The notes: generated from the letters alone by a model not told the origin. 64,000 nucleotides of DNA from a virus (IMGVR_UViG_3300032213_001531:1-64000), one strand, 5' to 3'. Positions 1 through 8,909 are shown, counted from the first letter of the stretch. A program made the numbers and translations.

Positions 1-146
1 ACACAAAGAGATTTAGCAGATATGACCTATGGAGTAGCAAATGCTGATCTGTTAATTAACGCTGATGAGAACCCTGCTATTCATAACTATTTAGTTAAGA
101 CAGAAGAATTTTTAAACGGCCTATGGGCAGAAGGGTACTTTGACTA

Positions 147-419
147 ATGACATGGCTAGACGAACCTTGGCTTGAATGGTCTAACTCATGTTGGACTAAG
201 CATGAGTTTCTTTGTACTGAGTGTGATACTCTTATGGAGATTACTACTACTTGGAAAGATGAGTTTATTCCAATCCCCGCATGTCCGTGCCCTCACCAGG
301 CCATTGTTAAACTAAATGCACAGATACTACCAGGTTCTATCTATGCCTCATACCATAGCAATGTGACTGACATCACACCCACACCGCTTGTAAAAATCAA
401 CTCAAACCCCTATAATTAA
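147..419 (+). CDS. Hypothetical protein, Cys-rich (CxxC...CxC)
   Basis: ORF in a tightly packed + strand block; ATG directly follows the upstream stop (TAATG). Confidence 0.65.
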   Translation: MTWLDEPWLEWSNSCWTKHEFLCTECDTLMEITTTWKDEFIPIPACPCPHQAIVKLNAQILPGSIYASYHSNVTDITPTPLVKINSNPYN

Positions 420-422
420 TAT

Positions 423-599
423 ATGGACCTAAAAACACTAACCGAATACATTCGTATTCATAAGATATCTTTACAACAAACTATGGAAGAAGCACAAGAG
501 GGTATTGAGATTCCCGATGATGAGTACTTTGAATCAGACTCTTTCTATATGGGAGCAATTGATACCTGTGATCATTTATTGAGGATTATCAATGAGTGA
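423..599 (+). CDS. Small acidic hypothetical protein (58 aa, MDLKTLTEYIRIHK...), not in the ORF track
   Basis: Translated by hand; TATAAT at 411-416 lies 6 nt before the ATG (leaderless); its end overlaps the next start. Confidence 0.65.
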   Translation: MDLKTLTEYIRIHKISLQQTMEEAQEGIEIPDDEYFESDSFYMGAIDTCDHLLRIINE

Positions 600-834
600 T
601 AAGTATCCCTTTATCCCCGAATATTTAACTACACAGTTAGAAGATCTATCTATGCCTTTAATTGATTTAATGCATGGCTGGCTTAAAGTAGAAATGCTGG
701 ATTGTCAAGAAGCTATGGAAGATAACGATGATAGATTTTTGCAGGGGTATATGGAGGCCTTGACAAATGCCTACTGTATGACCTATAATTTAAGTATAGA
801 CCGTGCTAACCTTGAAAGGACCCCACATGAATAA
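592..834 (+). CDS. Hypothetical acidic protein
   Basis: ORF with GAGGA RBS; overlaps both neighbours. Confidence 0.7.
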   Translation: MSDKYPFIPEYLTTQLEDLSMPLIDLMHGWLKVEMLDCQEAMEDNDDRFLQGYMEALTNAYCMTYNLSIDRANLERTPHE

Positions 835-1168
835 TTTTATTGAAATGGACTATGACAAATGGTTTGATACTTACAAACCAATCCCTAATCATATAGACAC
901 TAATGCTTCATTTAGCGATGGAGAGTATGGCTATATGTTTGAAACATATGGCGACGAACTCAAATTCATACAGGAGGCAGATGATTACATTGTTTGGACT
1001 TATGGTGATGGTGATGATGGAGGCACCTATATCTGGGCTGGCTATAGTTTTGTTAATCGTATTGGATATTTTATTACTGAACGGCCATGGGTAGAAGGTA
1101 CAGATGTTCAAGTTGAAGTTATCCAACGGTATGAGGATGAACTTGACGAGGATGAGGAAGAGGAGTAA
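827..1168 (+). CDS. Hypothetical highly acidic protein
   Basis: ATG at 827 after AAGGA; D/E-rich C-terminus. Confidence 0.75.
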   Translation: MNNFIEMDYDKWFDTYKPIPNHIDTNASFSDGEYGYMFETYGDELKFIQEADDYIVWTYGDGDDGGTYIWAGYSFVNRIGYFITERPWVEGTDVQVEVIQRYEDELDEDEEEE

Positions 1169-1177
1169 AATAGTAAT

Positions 1178-1477
1178 ATGAAACCCGAAGATAAAGATAA
1201 ACTAAACCAATGTCTAGATATTCTAGACTCAACCGACCTTGGCCTATCACTAGTGTGGCTATGGACATGGAGCACCATTAATAACATCTTAGATGACCCT
1301 GAGTGGAAAGCAACTGTTACACAGGATGACATGTGGCTATACCTCTGCGATGCCGTTAGCAATGGAGCAGGCTTCTCATTAGAGTATGGCGCTGAGCAAC
1401 ACCAAGAAGATGTTTTAGAATGGATGGCCAACCGTGGATACATATCAGACCCAAGCGATGATGATGACCAAGACTAA
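1178..1477 (+). CDS. Hypothetical acidic protein
   Basis: ORF; TAAAAT 6 nt upstream of the ATG. Confidence 0.75.
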   Translation: MKPEDKDKLNQCLDILDSTDLGLSLVWLWTWSTINNILDDPEWKATVTQDDMWLYLCDAVSNGAGFSLEYGAEQHQEDVLEWMANRGYISDPSDDDDQD

Positions 1478-1652
1478 TAGATTAGATAAGCGTTTATCTG
1501 AGTATACCTTTGATGAACTATGCGTTGCCATATGTGAATGGTGCAGGGACCCTGAGATGAATATGTCAGAGTACATGTGCCCTAACTGCTACAAAGATGA
1601 CGAACAGATCTGCGTTGAATGTTGCGGATGTTATGATGAGGAGAATGAGTAA
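1464..1652 (+). CDS. Cys-rich (multiple CxxC) zinc-binding mini-protein
   Basis: CEWC, CPNC and CVECC motifs; start uncertain (1458/1461/1464). Confidence 0.6.
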   Translation: MTKTNRLDKRLSEYTFDELCVAICEWCRDPEMNMSEYMCPNCYKDDEQICVECCGCYDEENE

Positions 1653-2026
1653 TGGGAGCAAGAATTAACTTTGTATTTAAAGATTCAGATCCTGCTGTAG
1701 GAGAGCCTGCAGCATATGTGGTCCTGTACTCACACTGGGGCCAAACAGATTGGCAACTTGATATTGCTGCAGCACTAACACATGCTCGTGTGCGTTGGTT
1801 TGACTCCTCATATGCTACCCGCATGATGATTAGTTATCTAATGCAACACAGTATATTAGAGGAGCACGGGTTTGGCATTTATGCTATAAATAACCAAGGC
1901 TCCATGGACTTAGGGGAACAGACAGTTGTTATTGACTTCACTAACAAAACTGTTACTGATAGTCACCCTGTTGAATTTAACGCATTTATTAATGCATATG
2001 CACCACATCTATCACTAACTAACTAA
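1652..2026 (+). CDS. Hypothetical phage protein (YSHWG motif)
   Basis: ORF with GGAG RBS; TAATG coupling. Confidence 0.75.
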   Translation: MGARINFVFKDSDPAVGEPAAYVVLYSHWGQTDWQLDIAAALTHARVRWFDSSYATRMMISYLMQHSILEEHGFGIYAINNQGSMDLGEQTVVIDFTNKTVTDSHPVEFNAFINAYAPHLSLTN

Positions 2027-2036
2027 GGAGAAACAC

Positions 2037-2195
2037 ATGGCCAAGAAAGCAAAAGCAAAGACCGTCCCATACCTGGAAACATGGGATACCCGTTACGGTA
2101 AGTCTCAACGTATTGTACTTCGCAAGAATGGTAAGTTTGTTGACAATACCAGTCTTAGCGCTCTCAAGCAAGGGGAACGGGTCACCTCTCGCTAA
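2037..2195 (+). CDS. Small basic protein (52 aa, MAKKAKAKTVPYLETW...), not in the ORF track
   Basis: Strong AAGGAG RBS at 2025-2030; followed by a terminator. Confidence 0.75.
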   Translation: MAKKAKAKTVPYLETWDTRYGKSQRIVLRKNGKFVDNTSLSALKQGERVTSR

Positions 2196-2202
2196 TATAG
2201 GA

Positions 2203-2242
2203 CAAGGGGGGCAGGCGTGGGGCTTGCCCTTCTTTCCTTTTT
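2203..2242 (+). terminator. Intrinsic terminator
   Basis: GGGCAGGC/GCTTGCCC stem followed by a T-rich tract. Confidence 0.65.
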
Positions 2243-2269
2243 GCGGTACAATAGAGAGAGAGGGGAAAC

Positions 2270-2527
2270 ATGACATTTTCTATACGCAAGTCAGGCGTAG
2301 GTACAAGTGAAGAGAAGATAGCACAAAAATTAAATATCATTGTCAGTGACCTCAATCTAAACTTAGAGCAGGTAGGAAAAATGATAGCACGAGTCTTACC
2401 TACTTTAACTTTTAATAGAGTTATGGTAGTATTAGAGAGTGCCCAAGCAGAACGAGAAAAAATAATTAACGAACCAAGAATAGACCACGATTACAGGGAC
2501 TGGAGAAATCATGATTGGGAAAACTAA
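2270..2527 (+). CDS. Hypothetical protein
   Basis: ORF with GAGGGG RBS; TACAAT upstream. Confidence 0.7.
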   Translation: MTFSIRKSGVGTSEEKIAQKLNIIVSDLNLNLEQVGKMIARVLPTLTFNRVMVVLESAQAEREKIINEPRIDHDYRDWRNHDWEN

Positions 2528-2798
2528 AAAAATAGGCAAGGTACAAGTCCTAGCCTTTTTATGGGAACACAACTTAGAGATTGACAGTGCTTACTTACCA
2601 CCTGAGTTCTTTCAGCAATATGAAGATGTTCTTGAACTATGTAAAATGATTGCTGTTGATTGGGCTAAGCCTACTAAAAACTCTCAAGAAATTATTGACT
2701 ATGTTTGGAATGTGTTCTGCGAAATGCGTGACCTTGACCCTAAAGATGAATATGAAAACATTGAGGCATTTTTCAAGGTACAGGAAGTAATTGAATGA
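2511..2798 (+). CDS. Hypothetical protein, probable paralog of 2795..3088
   Basis: GGAG RBS; shares the LxxLW...PT..S...I...F pattern. Confidence 0.7.
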   Translation: MIGKTKKIGKVQVLAFLWEHNLEIDSAYLPPEFFQQYEDVLELCKMIAVDWAKPTKNSQEIIDYVWNVFCEMRDLDPKDEYENIEAFFKVQEVIE

Positions 2799-3088
2799 AC
2801 ATAGAGTTTGAGAATCAGTGCGCTATCCTTGGCCAGCTTTGGATTGATTTCAGGGATGATGAAGAGATGAGCATGTTCATGGAGTATAACGACCTTGGTT
2901 TGCCTATGGCATATCTTATTGCTAATGAATTGGTTACTCCTACACCCTTGTCTGAAAAGTATATTGAGGAAACCTTTGACCTGTTCCTTGCCGCAATGAA
3001 TATAACAGATGAAGAGTTAGAAGGCGTTGACAATCTAACAGCCTTATTAGACATTGCCTATGAGAAAAAGATAGACGATCCCGAATAA
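2795..3088 (+). CDS. Hypothetical acidic protein
   Basis: ATGA overlap with the previous gene. Confidence 0.75.
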   Translation: MNIEFENQCAILGQLWIDFRDDEEMSMFMEYNDLGLPMAYLIANELVTPTPLSEKYIEETFDLFLAAMNITDEELEGVDNLTALLDIAYEKKIDDPE

Positions 3089-3546
3089 GGATTTTCGAAA
3101 TTTATTTTTAAAAACAATCTATTACGAACTCTTAAAAAATAGCCCAGCTTTTGGAGTAACATTTTCCAAACCAAGGTATTACGAACCTCTCTAAAAAATC
3201 GCCAGGATTCTAGCATATCAAACCTTATATGTCAAATGCTCTATCAAACCTTATATCAGATAAACAATTGTTTGTCAAGGATATAGGGGTTTGTTTATAT
3301 ATAGGGGTATTACGAACTCTCTTATAAGTCCCCCGCTTTTTACGATGTCTAATTATCCTGTCAGACGCCCCAGGCCAGGGGATAAAGAACATCATCTGAT
3401 ACCCAAACACCCCTATATAAAACACTATATATAAAACAATAACTTTCTTTTATTTTATTTAATTTTATAAAACCTTTATATATTTTTATTACGAATATCA
3501 CACAAATTTCACAGAAATTGTCATACTATTTTGGTACAAAATATAC

Positions 3547-3575
3547 TTGACAAACACTAATGTTTGGTATATAAT
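3547..3575 (+). promoter_or_regulatory. Consensus sigma70/SigA promoter with no clear downstream ORF
   Basis: TTGACA-17 nt-TATAAT. Confidence 0.75.
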
Positions 3576-3757
3576 GCGCTATCCAGCTATGGGGATATAA
3601 GGTTTGACAAAGGTTTGAATATGTGGTATAAGTGTTTGATATGGGGCTATGGGGTTTGGCACATTACGACGCCCCTCTTAAAAATGTTCTATACTCCACT
3701 ATCCTCCACTTCGCTCCACTTAAACCTTGTCTAATAATATAATCAGTAACATATTTC

Positions 3758-3832
3758 TGTGGATAAACATGTGGATAACTATCAAACCACCTATCAAATA
3801 TCTGTGGATAACTCTATAAAACCTGTGGATAA
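3758..3832. promoter_or_regulatory. Four co-oriented perfect DnaA boxes
   Basis: TGTGGATAA (reverse complement of TTATCCACA) at 3758-3766, 3770-3778, 3803-3811 and 3824-3832. Confidence 0.85.
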
Positions 3833-3852
3833 CTTTTTGCACGGAACCTATA

Positions 3853-3881
3853 TTGACAAACAATCCTATCTCCGCTATAAT
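3853..3881 (+). promoter_or_regulatory. Consensus SigA promoter driving a leaderless gene
   Basis: TTGACA-17 nt-TATAAT; ATG at 3888. Confidence 0.8.
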
Positions 3882-3887
3882 TAGATT

Positions 3888-4031
3888 ATGAACATATATA
3901 AAATCTCGCTACTAGAATATGCCAGAGCATTTGATCTTGAGGTCTTTGCTGATAATGAAGAAGAAGCCAGAGCTATGGCATTAAGAGAAGAACCTGATAT
4001 GAACATTACTAAGGTTGTTTGTTTGACATGA
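3888..4031 (+). CDS. Small hypothetical protein (47 aa), not in the ORF track
   Basis: Translated by hand; leaderless start; ATGA overlap with the next gene. Confidence 0.6.
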   Translation: MNIYKISLLEYARAFDLEVFADNEEEARAMALREEPDMNITKVVCLT

Positions 4032-4147
4032 CACACGAGTGTAACTATGAATTAGACCTTGATGGTTCTATCACATGTACAGTCTGTGGGGCTATGGATG
4101 ATGATATGGACAATAGTATGTTTGAGACTCAAGTAGACTTTGAATAG
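4028..4147 (+). CDS. Small Cys/His-containing protein (39 aa)
   Basis: MTHEC...CTVC; coupled to the previous ORF. Confidence 0.55.
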   Translation: MTHECNYELDLDGSITCTVCGAMDDDMDNSMFETQVDFE

Positions 4148-4178
4148 GTATTTACTATAGGGGTAATGGGGCTTTTCT

Positions 4179-4979
4179 TTACTTACCCTGCAATTTTATG
4201 ATCATATTTATTGCCTCTATGAGTAGATGCCTATTCTCTTCAAGCATTAAAGTTCCACCCAGTCTTGGATTAGCTTCAAATAATATAGCTTTTCCATCAA
4301 ACATCTTATAATTAAAGGTAATAGGTCCGCTGTAGTTGGATATCTTGACTATTTGTTTGAATAAGGCTATGGTATCTTCATCAGGATGATATTCTTTACC
4401 CCCTGGCTCACCACCGCATTTAATGGTTGGACTGGTTATCTTTGACCATTGTAAGGATCTATGCCAAAAAACCTCTCCATCCTTACAGATCATCCATGTA
4501 GCAGGCTCAAACTCTGTAGGGATATACTTTTCAAGTATATAAGGTTGACCTTTAAACATTGATCTAGATAGGTATATGTTTAGTTTTTCTACTCCATTTA
4601 TCAAGTACACACCTTGGCCTTTTACCAAGTCAGTTCTCTTTAAGATTACAGGGAACTCAACATCTTCAACAGTGTAGTCTTTTGCATAGTTGTCTATTCC
4701 ATTTGATTTTAGAAAATCCTTAAACTGTCTTTTGTCCCTAAAAATCTTAATGGTTTCATTATCAGGCTTAAGACATTCAAATGGGCAGTTTGCTATATCG
4801 TCTTCCTGTAAAGGGATTACGATCTTATCTTCAATACAGCCAATTATATCGTTATCAAGGGTAACTAAAGCATATGGCGCTCCATCTATATTAGGCCAAA
4901 GGTTAGAGTCTTCCTTTAGAGCTTCTCTCCATTTTGTTACAGGGTTTCCATATAGAATTATAGTAGTCATGTGTTTCAT
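4179..4979 (-). CDS. ATP-grasp domain protein
   Basis: DK..FK, FPVILK...G.GV, ILEKYI and C-terminal FEANPRLGG motifs. Confidence 0.85.
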   Translation of the reverse strand: MKHMTTIILYGNPVTKWREALKEDSNLWPNIDGAPYALVTLDNDIIGCIEDKIVIPLQEDDIANCPFECLKPDNETIKIFRDKRQFKDFLKSNGIDNYAKDYTVEDVEFPVILKRTDLVKGQGVYLINGVEKLNIYLSRSMFKGQPYILEKYIPTEFEPATWMICKDGEVFWHRSLQWSKITSPTIKCGGEPGGKEYHPDEDTIALFKQIVKISNYSGPITFNYKMFDGKAILFEANPRLGGTLMLEENRHLLIEAINMIIKLQGK

Positions 4980-5087
4980 TATATAATAGGTTTTTATCCC
5001 CTGGAATATTAACCGATATTGCCCGTGTCGGGCATGGGATGGTTTAAACGCCTCTATTTTCGCCGAACTTTAAGATATAATAGAGAT

Positions 5088-5837
5088 ATGAATATACAAA
5101 GACTGCCTGGCAATATGCTATACATTGAAGATGCTTTTCCTCAGCATAAAGAATTTTTAGCAGCAATTGAAGAACAAGACTCTAAAGGTGATCTTGAAGG
5201 TATAATTCCTCAATGGAAAAAATGGTTAGATGGATCCCCGATTAGGGCTGATATTGAATTTGGTTGGGATACTGTATTTATTGAAGATGATGACTACTGG
5301 CGTGGTCAGGTAAAAAATTTAGATTGGGATCTTACACTTAATTATATGAATAATAGGTGGCCAAGAATTGAAGTAGATTACGATGATGCTCATACACAAG
5401 CCTACAAGATTATTGAAATGATTGATAAGCCTTATTTAGCATCTTTAGACATTTGGTATAAAGAGTTTAATCAGAAACCACTTAAATATGTATCTAAAAA
5501 TTATTGCATTAAAAAGTATAGAATTGGTGGAGGGTTAGCCCCCCATGTAGATAGAAATTTAGATAACCCTAGTGATCAGATGGACTGGACAGCTTTAATT
5601 TATCTTAATGATGATTACGAGGGTGGTGAATTATTTTTTCCAGATCTTGATGTAACCCTGAAACCCTCTGCTGGAAGTATATTAATATTTCCATGTGAAA
5701 ACTCTCATATGGTGCATCATATTACTGCAGGAAATAAATATTTTATATTTATGTATATTCATACTAAGTATGGTATTTCTACTGCTTTAAATGAAAAATA
5801 CACGGAGCTATACAGACAAATTGATCTGCTACAATAG
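5088..5837 (+). CDS. 2OG-Fe(II) oxygenase, prolyl-4-hydroxylase-like
   Basis: KY..G....HVD, YLNDDYEGGEL.F, H.V..I..G.KY motifs; leaderless start after TATAAT at 5076-5081. Confidence 0.88.
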   Translation: MNIQRLPGNMLYIEDAFPQHKEFLAAIEEQDSKGDLEGIIPQWKKWLDGSPIRADIEFGWDTVFIEDDDYWRGQVKNLDWDLTLNYMNNRWPRIEVDYDDAHTQAYKIIEMIDKPYLASLDIWYKEFNQKPLKYVSKNYCIKKYRIGGGLAPHVDRNLDNPSDQMDWTALIYLNDDYEGGELFFPDLDVTLKPSAGSILIFPCENSHMVHHITAGNKYFIFMYIHTKYGISTALNEKYTELYRQIDLLQ

Positions 5838-5841
5838 ATAT

Positions 5842-5973
5842 ATGCCTACACTAAAAGAAAAATGCTTCTACTGCGATAAGCCAGCAGAGTACAATGACCT
5901 TGTCAAAGTAGGCTTAGTATACTCTATGTCAAGCGTATGTAAGGGTCATTTAAGAATGGGGCTATCATCTTAA
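5842..5973 (+). CDS. Small CxxC protein
   Basis: TACAAT 6 nt upstream; CFYC...CKGH. Confidence 0.55.
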   Translation: MPTLKEKCFYCDKPAEYNDLVKVGLVYSMSSVCKGHLRMGLSS

Positions 5974-6154
5974 CTTTATTATCTATAGCTGTTACTTGGT
6001 ACATTACTAAGGTTTATTATTCTAAGTCCCCGTTTTTTAAAATAGATGAACTATCAGACTATGGGCTATCTCAATCTCAATGTGCAAAATGTTCTCAATA
6101 TATAATTATAGGTGATGAGCATATAAGAACTCCATTTTACTGTCTGGCATGTAG

Positions 6155-6418
6155 ATGAAGAAACCTGATTGGTTTATATTAGCCGATGCTGACAAACCTT
6201 TAGATCCTGTATCATCTCATATACCATTTGGTGTTATATCCTTTATACTGGTTATAGCTATTGTTGCGGTATTTTTCTTTTACCCCGCAAATTCTCCAAC
6301 ACCTGCAAAGATTAAAGCTCCAGTTGAGACTATACAAACCCCTATCCTTCCTGAGTTTACAGAAGACATAACTCCAGTATTTGAAGATGAATATGAGGAT
6401 AAAGAAGATGACGACTGA
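6155..6418 (+). CDS. Single-pass membrane protein with acidic tail
   Basis: One hydrophobic segment. Confidence 0.65.
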   Translation: MKKPDWFILADADKPLDPVSSHIPFGVISFILVIAIVAVFFFYPANSPTPAKIKAPVETIQTPILPEFTEDITPVFEDEYEDKEDDD

Positions 6419-6560
6419 TTGTAGACCAACACGATTTGTTCTTTGTTGTGTATGCAGTAAGCCTCATGCTTCTCAAGCAAGAAGAGATGGCATGTACTGT
6501 GTAGATTGTTATAAGTCTATTGTCTTGACTTCCCCGCCACAAATAGGGTAGACTTAGTAT

Positions 6561-6770
6561 ATGAACAACGTAAATTTTGATGTGCCTATTTCAATGTATA
6601 TATTTGAAAGTTGTATTTCTTGTGGTAAGTTTATAAGAACAAAAGATAAGCAAAGGCTTATCTTGTTTATGTATGACCACTATGGGCAAGATGGTATTAA
6701 GAATTGTAGTAAGAAATGGTATGGAGAATTTGTTTATACCCTATTAAATTGGAAGTATAGAAATTATTAA
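6561..6770 (+). CDS. Hypothetical protein
   Basis: TTGACT-18-TAGACT promoter; leaderless ATG. Confidence 0.6.
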   Translation: MNNVNFDVPISMYIFESCISCGKFIRTKDKQRLILFMYDHYGQDGIKNCSKKWYGEFVYTLLNWKYRNY

Positions 6771-6969
6771 AAACGAGTGTCCAAAATGTGAGATGAGCAA
6801 TAAAGATCCTTTGTATTGGGAGCTTCATCAAACTATGACAGATGGCAGAATTTGGTGTGCTTATGGTAAAAGAGTGTAGCCATACTTGGTATATGCGTGA
6901 AGATGGTATTCAATGTAATAAGTGCTTTATAATATGGTCAAAGGAGATGGACAATTGATAACTCAAGAT

Positions 6970-7518
6970 ATGTTAAGTTCTCTCATAGAACACAAGAAGG
7001 CATCCAAGATAGTTGTATTAAAAGGGTTTTGTACAGAAGTACCATCTTGGCAAGAATTTATAGACTATATAGATGAAAGTTCAAGGGTAACAGATAGCAA
7101 AATGCCAGATGAACCTAATGAATATGATTTATCTTTAGGAGCCACTATTAAAGGCAATGTAATGGTTAAACAAGCTTTTTATTTTTATTTAGTTCAGCAT
7201 AAACAAATGGGTAAAACAGAAGAAATAGCAGATGCACTTATTAATATTCTTAATGCTCCTGGCGGATTAAGTTCTTTTTATGTTAATTTTTCTTCAAATA
7301 TAAATAACATACCAAGCCATAAAGATGCCTTAGACAATTTCTATTGGCAATGTATAGGTTCAACAGAGTGGATGTGTCAAGATAAGGTTTATAGTGTGGA
7401 TCCAGGAGATCTGGTATATATTCCTGCTAACTCCTATCATGCTGTTAATTTCTCTATGCCTAGAGCTGCTATAGGGTTTAGTTGTGATCTTTCTAAATCC
7501 CCGTTTTTTAACCAATAA
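6970..7518 (+). CDS. JmjC/cupin-like oxygenase
   Basis: HKD...FYWQC.G...W...PGDLVYIP...YH.V. Confidence 0.8.
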   Translation: MLSSLIEHKKASKIVVLKGFCTEVPSWQEFIDYIDESSRVTDSKMPDEPNEYDLSLGATIKGNVMVKQAFYFYLVQHKQMGKTEEIADALINILNAPGGLSSFYVNFSSNINNIPSHKDALDNFYWQCIGSTEWMCQDKVYSVDPGDLVYIPANSYHAVNFSMPRAAIGFSCDLSKSPFFNQ

Positions 7519-7543
7519 ATTAAAAAGCAGGTATAATGTAGGT

Positions 7544-8320
7544 ATGAAACCAATTTATACTATTCCGCTTAACTCGGCTGAAGAAGCCCCTAATTTCTTA
7601 GATCAATTTAAAGGCAAGGTTGGTCTATTAGTAAACACTACAGTTGGTTGCGGTAACGCAAACCAAATGGAAGTCCTTCAAATGCTTCAAGATAAGTATG
7701 GCGGAGATGACTTTCAAGTTATTGCCATTCCTACTAACGACTACTGCGGTCCAGGAATTACTCATGGTAAGTGGTCACAGGGTATCACTTGTGGTTTAGA
7801 CTCACAGGAATATGGTAGAGATGTTTATGGAACTACTTTCCAATTTTCAGAGATGGTAGCATCAAACCCAAATATTTCTGTTAACGAACTTAATCCCCAT
7901 AACGGTGACGCTACTGTAAATGGTTTGGGTCAAGAACGAAAAGAAACTCATGACCTTTACAAGGAAGTTGCAGATCAAATGATTAAGATGGCAGCTAAAG
8001 AAAAAGATTTAGGAATTGTAAATAAAAAAGAATACTACTCATACTGGCTAAATATGGATACTGGTGGAGCTGAGCAAGGTGGAAACTTTGAAAAATATAT
8101 TATTGATAGAGATGGATATATTGCTAAGTGGTTCCAGTGCACAGTATTAAATTATGATTCAGAAAAAGGTGTTAAGGAAGCAGCAGAAAAAGAAGGAAAA
8201 AAGATTGATGTTGGTCCTGGTAGATCCCAAAAAATCTTTGAAGAAGAGTATGCTGTAATTTGCAACCTTATTGAAGAGCTAATTGCTGGTAAAAAGTCTA
8301 TTATTAATCCAAACGCATAA
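7544..8320 (+). CDS. Glutathione peroxidase-like protein (Cys type, divergent)
   Basis: FKGKV.LLVNT..GCG, IAIPTND and NFEKYIIDRDG motifs; leaderless start. Confidence 0.85.
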   Translation: MKPIYTIPLNSAEEAPNFLDQFKGKVGLLVNTTVGCGNANQMEVLQMLQDKYGGDDFQVIAIPTNDYCGPGITHGKWSQGITCGLDSQEYGRDVYGTTFQFSEMVASNPNISVNELNPHNGDATVNGLGQERKETHDLYKEVADQMIKMAAKEKDLGIVNKKEYYSYWLNMDTGGAEQGGNFEKYIIDRDGYIAKWFQCTVLNYDSEKGVKEAAEKEGKKIDVGPGRSQKIFEEEYAVICNLIEELIAGKKSIINPNA

Positions 8321-8450
8321 TTTGTATTTGACTTAAACCTTATAAACTGCTACACTTGTAGTATGAAAGAATCAAGCATACTTCGCATGGACTGGAAATC
8401 TTTAGGCTATTGGCCTGTCTATAAAGACGGCAGATTGGTATGGGAAAAAG

Positions 8451-8780
8451 ATGTTAAATCATATAACAAAACATCAAAAGACTAAGATTTTTCCATTACG
8501 ATGGATAGGTAATTTTCTTGGTGGCTATGCGGGTACTCATCTTGTTAAAGCTATTGATTTAGATGAGGCTATAGATGCTAACCTAAGTTTAAGATATAAA
8601 TACCATGTAAAAATGTGGACAATTCTCAACTGGCCTTATAAAAAATGGGGAACATATTATGTTTTAGATACATGTTTTCTAAGAGAGAGCATGGAAAAAG
8701 ATAAAGAGCTTCTTGACAGGCTTGGCTCAGATTATGATGAAGATGGTATACCTTACTGGGAACAGGATAAAGGTGTATAA
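8451..8780 (+). CDS. Hypothetical protein
   Basis: ORF in the + strand block. Confidence 0.6.
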   Translation: MLNHITKHQKTKIFPLRWIGNFLGGYAGTHLVKAIDLDEAIDANLSLRYKYHVKMWTILNWPYKKWGTYYVLDTCFLRESMEKDKELLDRLGSDYDEDGIPYWEQDKGV

Positions 8781-8909
8781 TTAAGTATGGACACTAAAAA
8801 AACAGAAAAAGAAGCAAAGATCCTTATCTTTATTTTTTTAACATGCGTACTTGTTGCAACAATTTCATCAATACTTGCATAAACCATTAAGGTATGCTAT
8901 CCTTAATAC

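Larger units (their letters stand above)
3089..3850. repeat. Repeat-rich non-coding locus (candidate replication origin or injection/packaging control region)
   Basis: TTACGA x6, ATCAAACC x3, CTCCACT x3 at 10-bp period, 11-bp inverted repeat (3298-3308/3409-3419), AT-rich tract ~3420-3490, four DnaA boxes. Confidence 0.75.

Noticed and set aside
3225-3425. 66-aa - strand ORF in the repeat locus
   Set aside because: No RBS; opposite to the local gene direction; made of repeat sequence.
3121-3670. CRISPR array suggested by spaced ATTACGAA repeats plus a Cas4-like gene
   Set aside because: The repeats are only 6-9 bp with irregular spacing, there is no cas1/cas2, and solo Cas4-like nucleases are common in phage recombination modules.
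7544-8320. Selenocysteine or stop-codon recoding
   Set aside because: The active-site codon is TGC, long genes read through under the standard code, and there is no suppressor tRNA in the window.
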